This document shows positions 58,076 to 64,000 of a DNA stretch of 64,000 nucleotides, piece by piece; position 1 is the stretch's first letter; the number at the start of each line of letters is the position of its first letter. Both the position numbers and the translations under genes were made by a program. Source of the DNA: the human T2T-CHM13v2.0 reference genome, Homo sapiens; assembly GCF_009914755.1 (NCBI RefSeq), contig NC_060930.1. One strand, given 5' to 3'. The notes under the pieces were generated by a model. It was not told where the DNA came from. It made no database searches and saw only the letters and a program-made list of their open reading frames with translations.

Positions 58076-59086
58076 ATGAGGAAAAGCCAGTGCAAAAAGG
58101 CTGAAAATTCCAAAAACCAGAAAGCCTCTTCTCCTCCAAAGGATCACAACTCCTCACCAGCAAGGGAACAAAACTGGATGGAGAATGAGTTTGACGAATT
58201 GACAGAAGTAGGCTTCAGAAGGTGTGTAATAACAAACTCCTCTCAGCTAAAGAAGCATGTTCTAACCCAATATAAGAACCTTGAAAAAAGGTTACAGGAA
58301 TTGCTAACTAGAATAACCATTTTAGAGAAGAACGAAAGTGACCTGATGGCACTGAAAAACAACATGAGAACACTGTGAAGCATACACAAGAATCAATAGC
58401 CATATTGATCAAGCGAAGAAAGGATATCAGAGATTGAAGATCAACTTAATGAAATAAAACCTGAAGACAAGATTAGAGAAAAAAGAATGAAAATGAATGA
58501 ATAATGCCTCCAAGAAATATGGGACTATGGAAAAGACCAAATCTACGTTTGATTGGTGTACCTGAAAGTGACAGGGAGAATAGAACCAAGTTGGAAAACA
58601 CTCTTCAGGATATTATCCAGGAGAACTTCCCCAACCTATCAAGACAAGCCAACATTCCAATTCAGGAAATATAGAGAACACCACAAAGATACTCCTTGAG
58701 AAGAGCAACCCCAAGACACCTAATCGTCAGATTTGCCAAGGTTGAAATGAAGGAAAAAATGTTAAGGGCAGCCAGAGAAAAAGGTCGGGTTACCCACAAA
58801 GGGAAGCCCATCAGACTAATAGCAGATGTCTCTGCAGAAACCCTACAAGCCAGAAGAGAGTGGGTGCCAATATTCAACATTCTTAAAGAAAGCAATTTTC
58901 AACCCAGAATTTCATATCCAGCAAAACTAAGCTTCATAAGCAAAGGAGAATGACATCCTTTACAGACAAGCAAATGCTGAGAGATTTTGTCACCACCAGA
59001 CCTGCCTTACAAGAGTCCCTGAAGGAAGCACTAAATATGGAAAGGAAAAACCAGTACCAGCCACTGCAAAACATACCAAATTGTAA
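58076..59086 (+). pseudogene. Disrupted L1 ORF1p
   Basis: MRKSQCKKAENSKNQKASSPPK and RRATPRHLIVRFAKVEMKEKMLRAAREKG fragments. Stops and frameshifts. Confidence 0.9.
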
Positions 59087-59149
59087 AGCCCATCAACACT
59101 ATGAAGAAACTGCATCAACTAACAGGCAAAATAACCATCTAGCATCATA

Positions 59150-62975
<3,826 letters not shown>

Positions 62976-64000
62976 ACAATGAGAACACATGGACACAGGA
63001 AGTGGAACATCACACACCAAGGCCTGTCAGGAGGTGGGGGACTAGGGGAGGGGTAGCATTAGGAGAAATACCTAATGTAGATAATGGGTTGATGGGTGCC
63101 ACAAACCACCATGGCACGTGCATACCTATGTAACAAACCTGCATGTTCTGCACATGTATCCCAGGACTTGAAGTATAATAATTTAAAAAAAGAAAAAATA
63201 TAAATACCCGAGACTGGGTAATTTATAAAGGAAAGGGATTTAATTGACTCACAGTTCTGCATGGCTGGGGAGGCCTCAAGAAACTTACAATCATGGCGGA
63301 AGGTGAAGGGGAAGCAAGCTTGGACTTTCTCACATGGCAGCAGGAGAGAGAAGAATGAGAGTGAAAGGGGAAGAGCCTCTTATAAAACCATTAGCTCTTG
63401 TGAGAACTCATTCACTATCATGAAAACAGCATGGGGAAAACCGCCCCCATGATCCAATCAGCACCCACCAGGTCTCTCCCTAAACACGTGGGGATTATGG
63501 GAATTACAAATCAAGATGAAATTTGGGTGGGGACACAAAGCCTTACCATATCAGGCACTATCAAACAATCTCATCCAATATGAGAGGAAAAGGGGTTTGC
63601 CATGATATAGGACTCTTTGTACTCTTCCCACTTAGGCTCCGCCCCTTATAATCATGATCAATTCATATTAGTACCATTAATATTAGTACTCCTGCACCTT
63701 GTGAGTGGACAGAAAAGTATACAGAGAATATGTGCTCTTCCTCCAAACCCCAGTGTTCTTGATATTCTCAGGACAAAATTATGTCCTTATCATAATTATC
63801 ATCTTCTTCTCAGCTAACATTTTAGGAAGCATTTACTCCATGCCCAATACTACCATCCTATTTATTATCACATCAGTACTGAGCTGAGTTCTTTCCCATT
63901 CATAAAACATTCATTCCTTCAACATATCAATCACTGGCACTGCTTGGTGTACTAGCTTACATTCTAGTTTCTGGAATGAGGGAGACTAATAATAAATACA

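Overview
Primate genomic DNA, most likely human (it carries a young SVA insertion with a perfect TSD). It is AT-rich, intronic or intergenic, and dominated by repeats. I cannot support any intact protein-coding gene. The ORF track consists of decayed L1 ORF1/ORF2 fragments, Alu read-throughs, microsatellite translations and chance ORFs. Main structures: (1) a near full-length L1MA-type LINE with TSDs and three nested Alus (7259-15036); (2) an old L1M block with Alus (~20.9-28.4 kb); (3) many Alu, MIR, L2, L3, MaLR/ERV LTR and Tigger/hAT relics; (4) a 5'-truncated SVA carrying an AluSp-containing 3' transduction inside a perfect 20-bp TSD (53960-54792); (5) a full-length decayed L1PA7-like element nested in a THE1/MST LTR (56703-63553). 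The unique stretches contain a few good splice-site pairs that may belong to an unidentified, probably non-coding or long-intron transcript. They also contain candidate CTCF and CRE sites. Several template-switch or templated-insertion scars are visible, including a ~55-bp-stem L2 hairpin. I found no evidence for a genuinely new biological system. Repeat subfamily names come from recalled consensus sequences and need RepeatMasker/Dfam confirmation.
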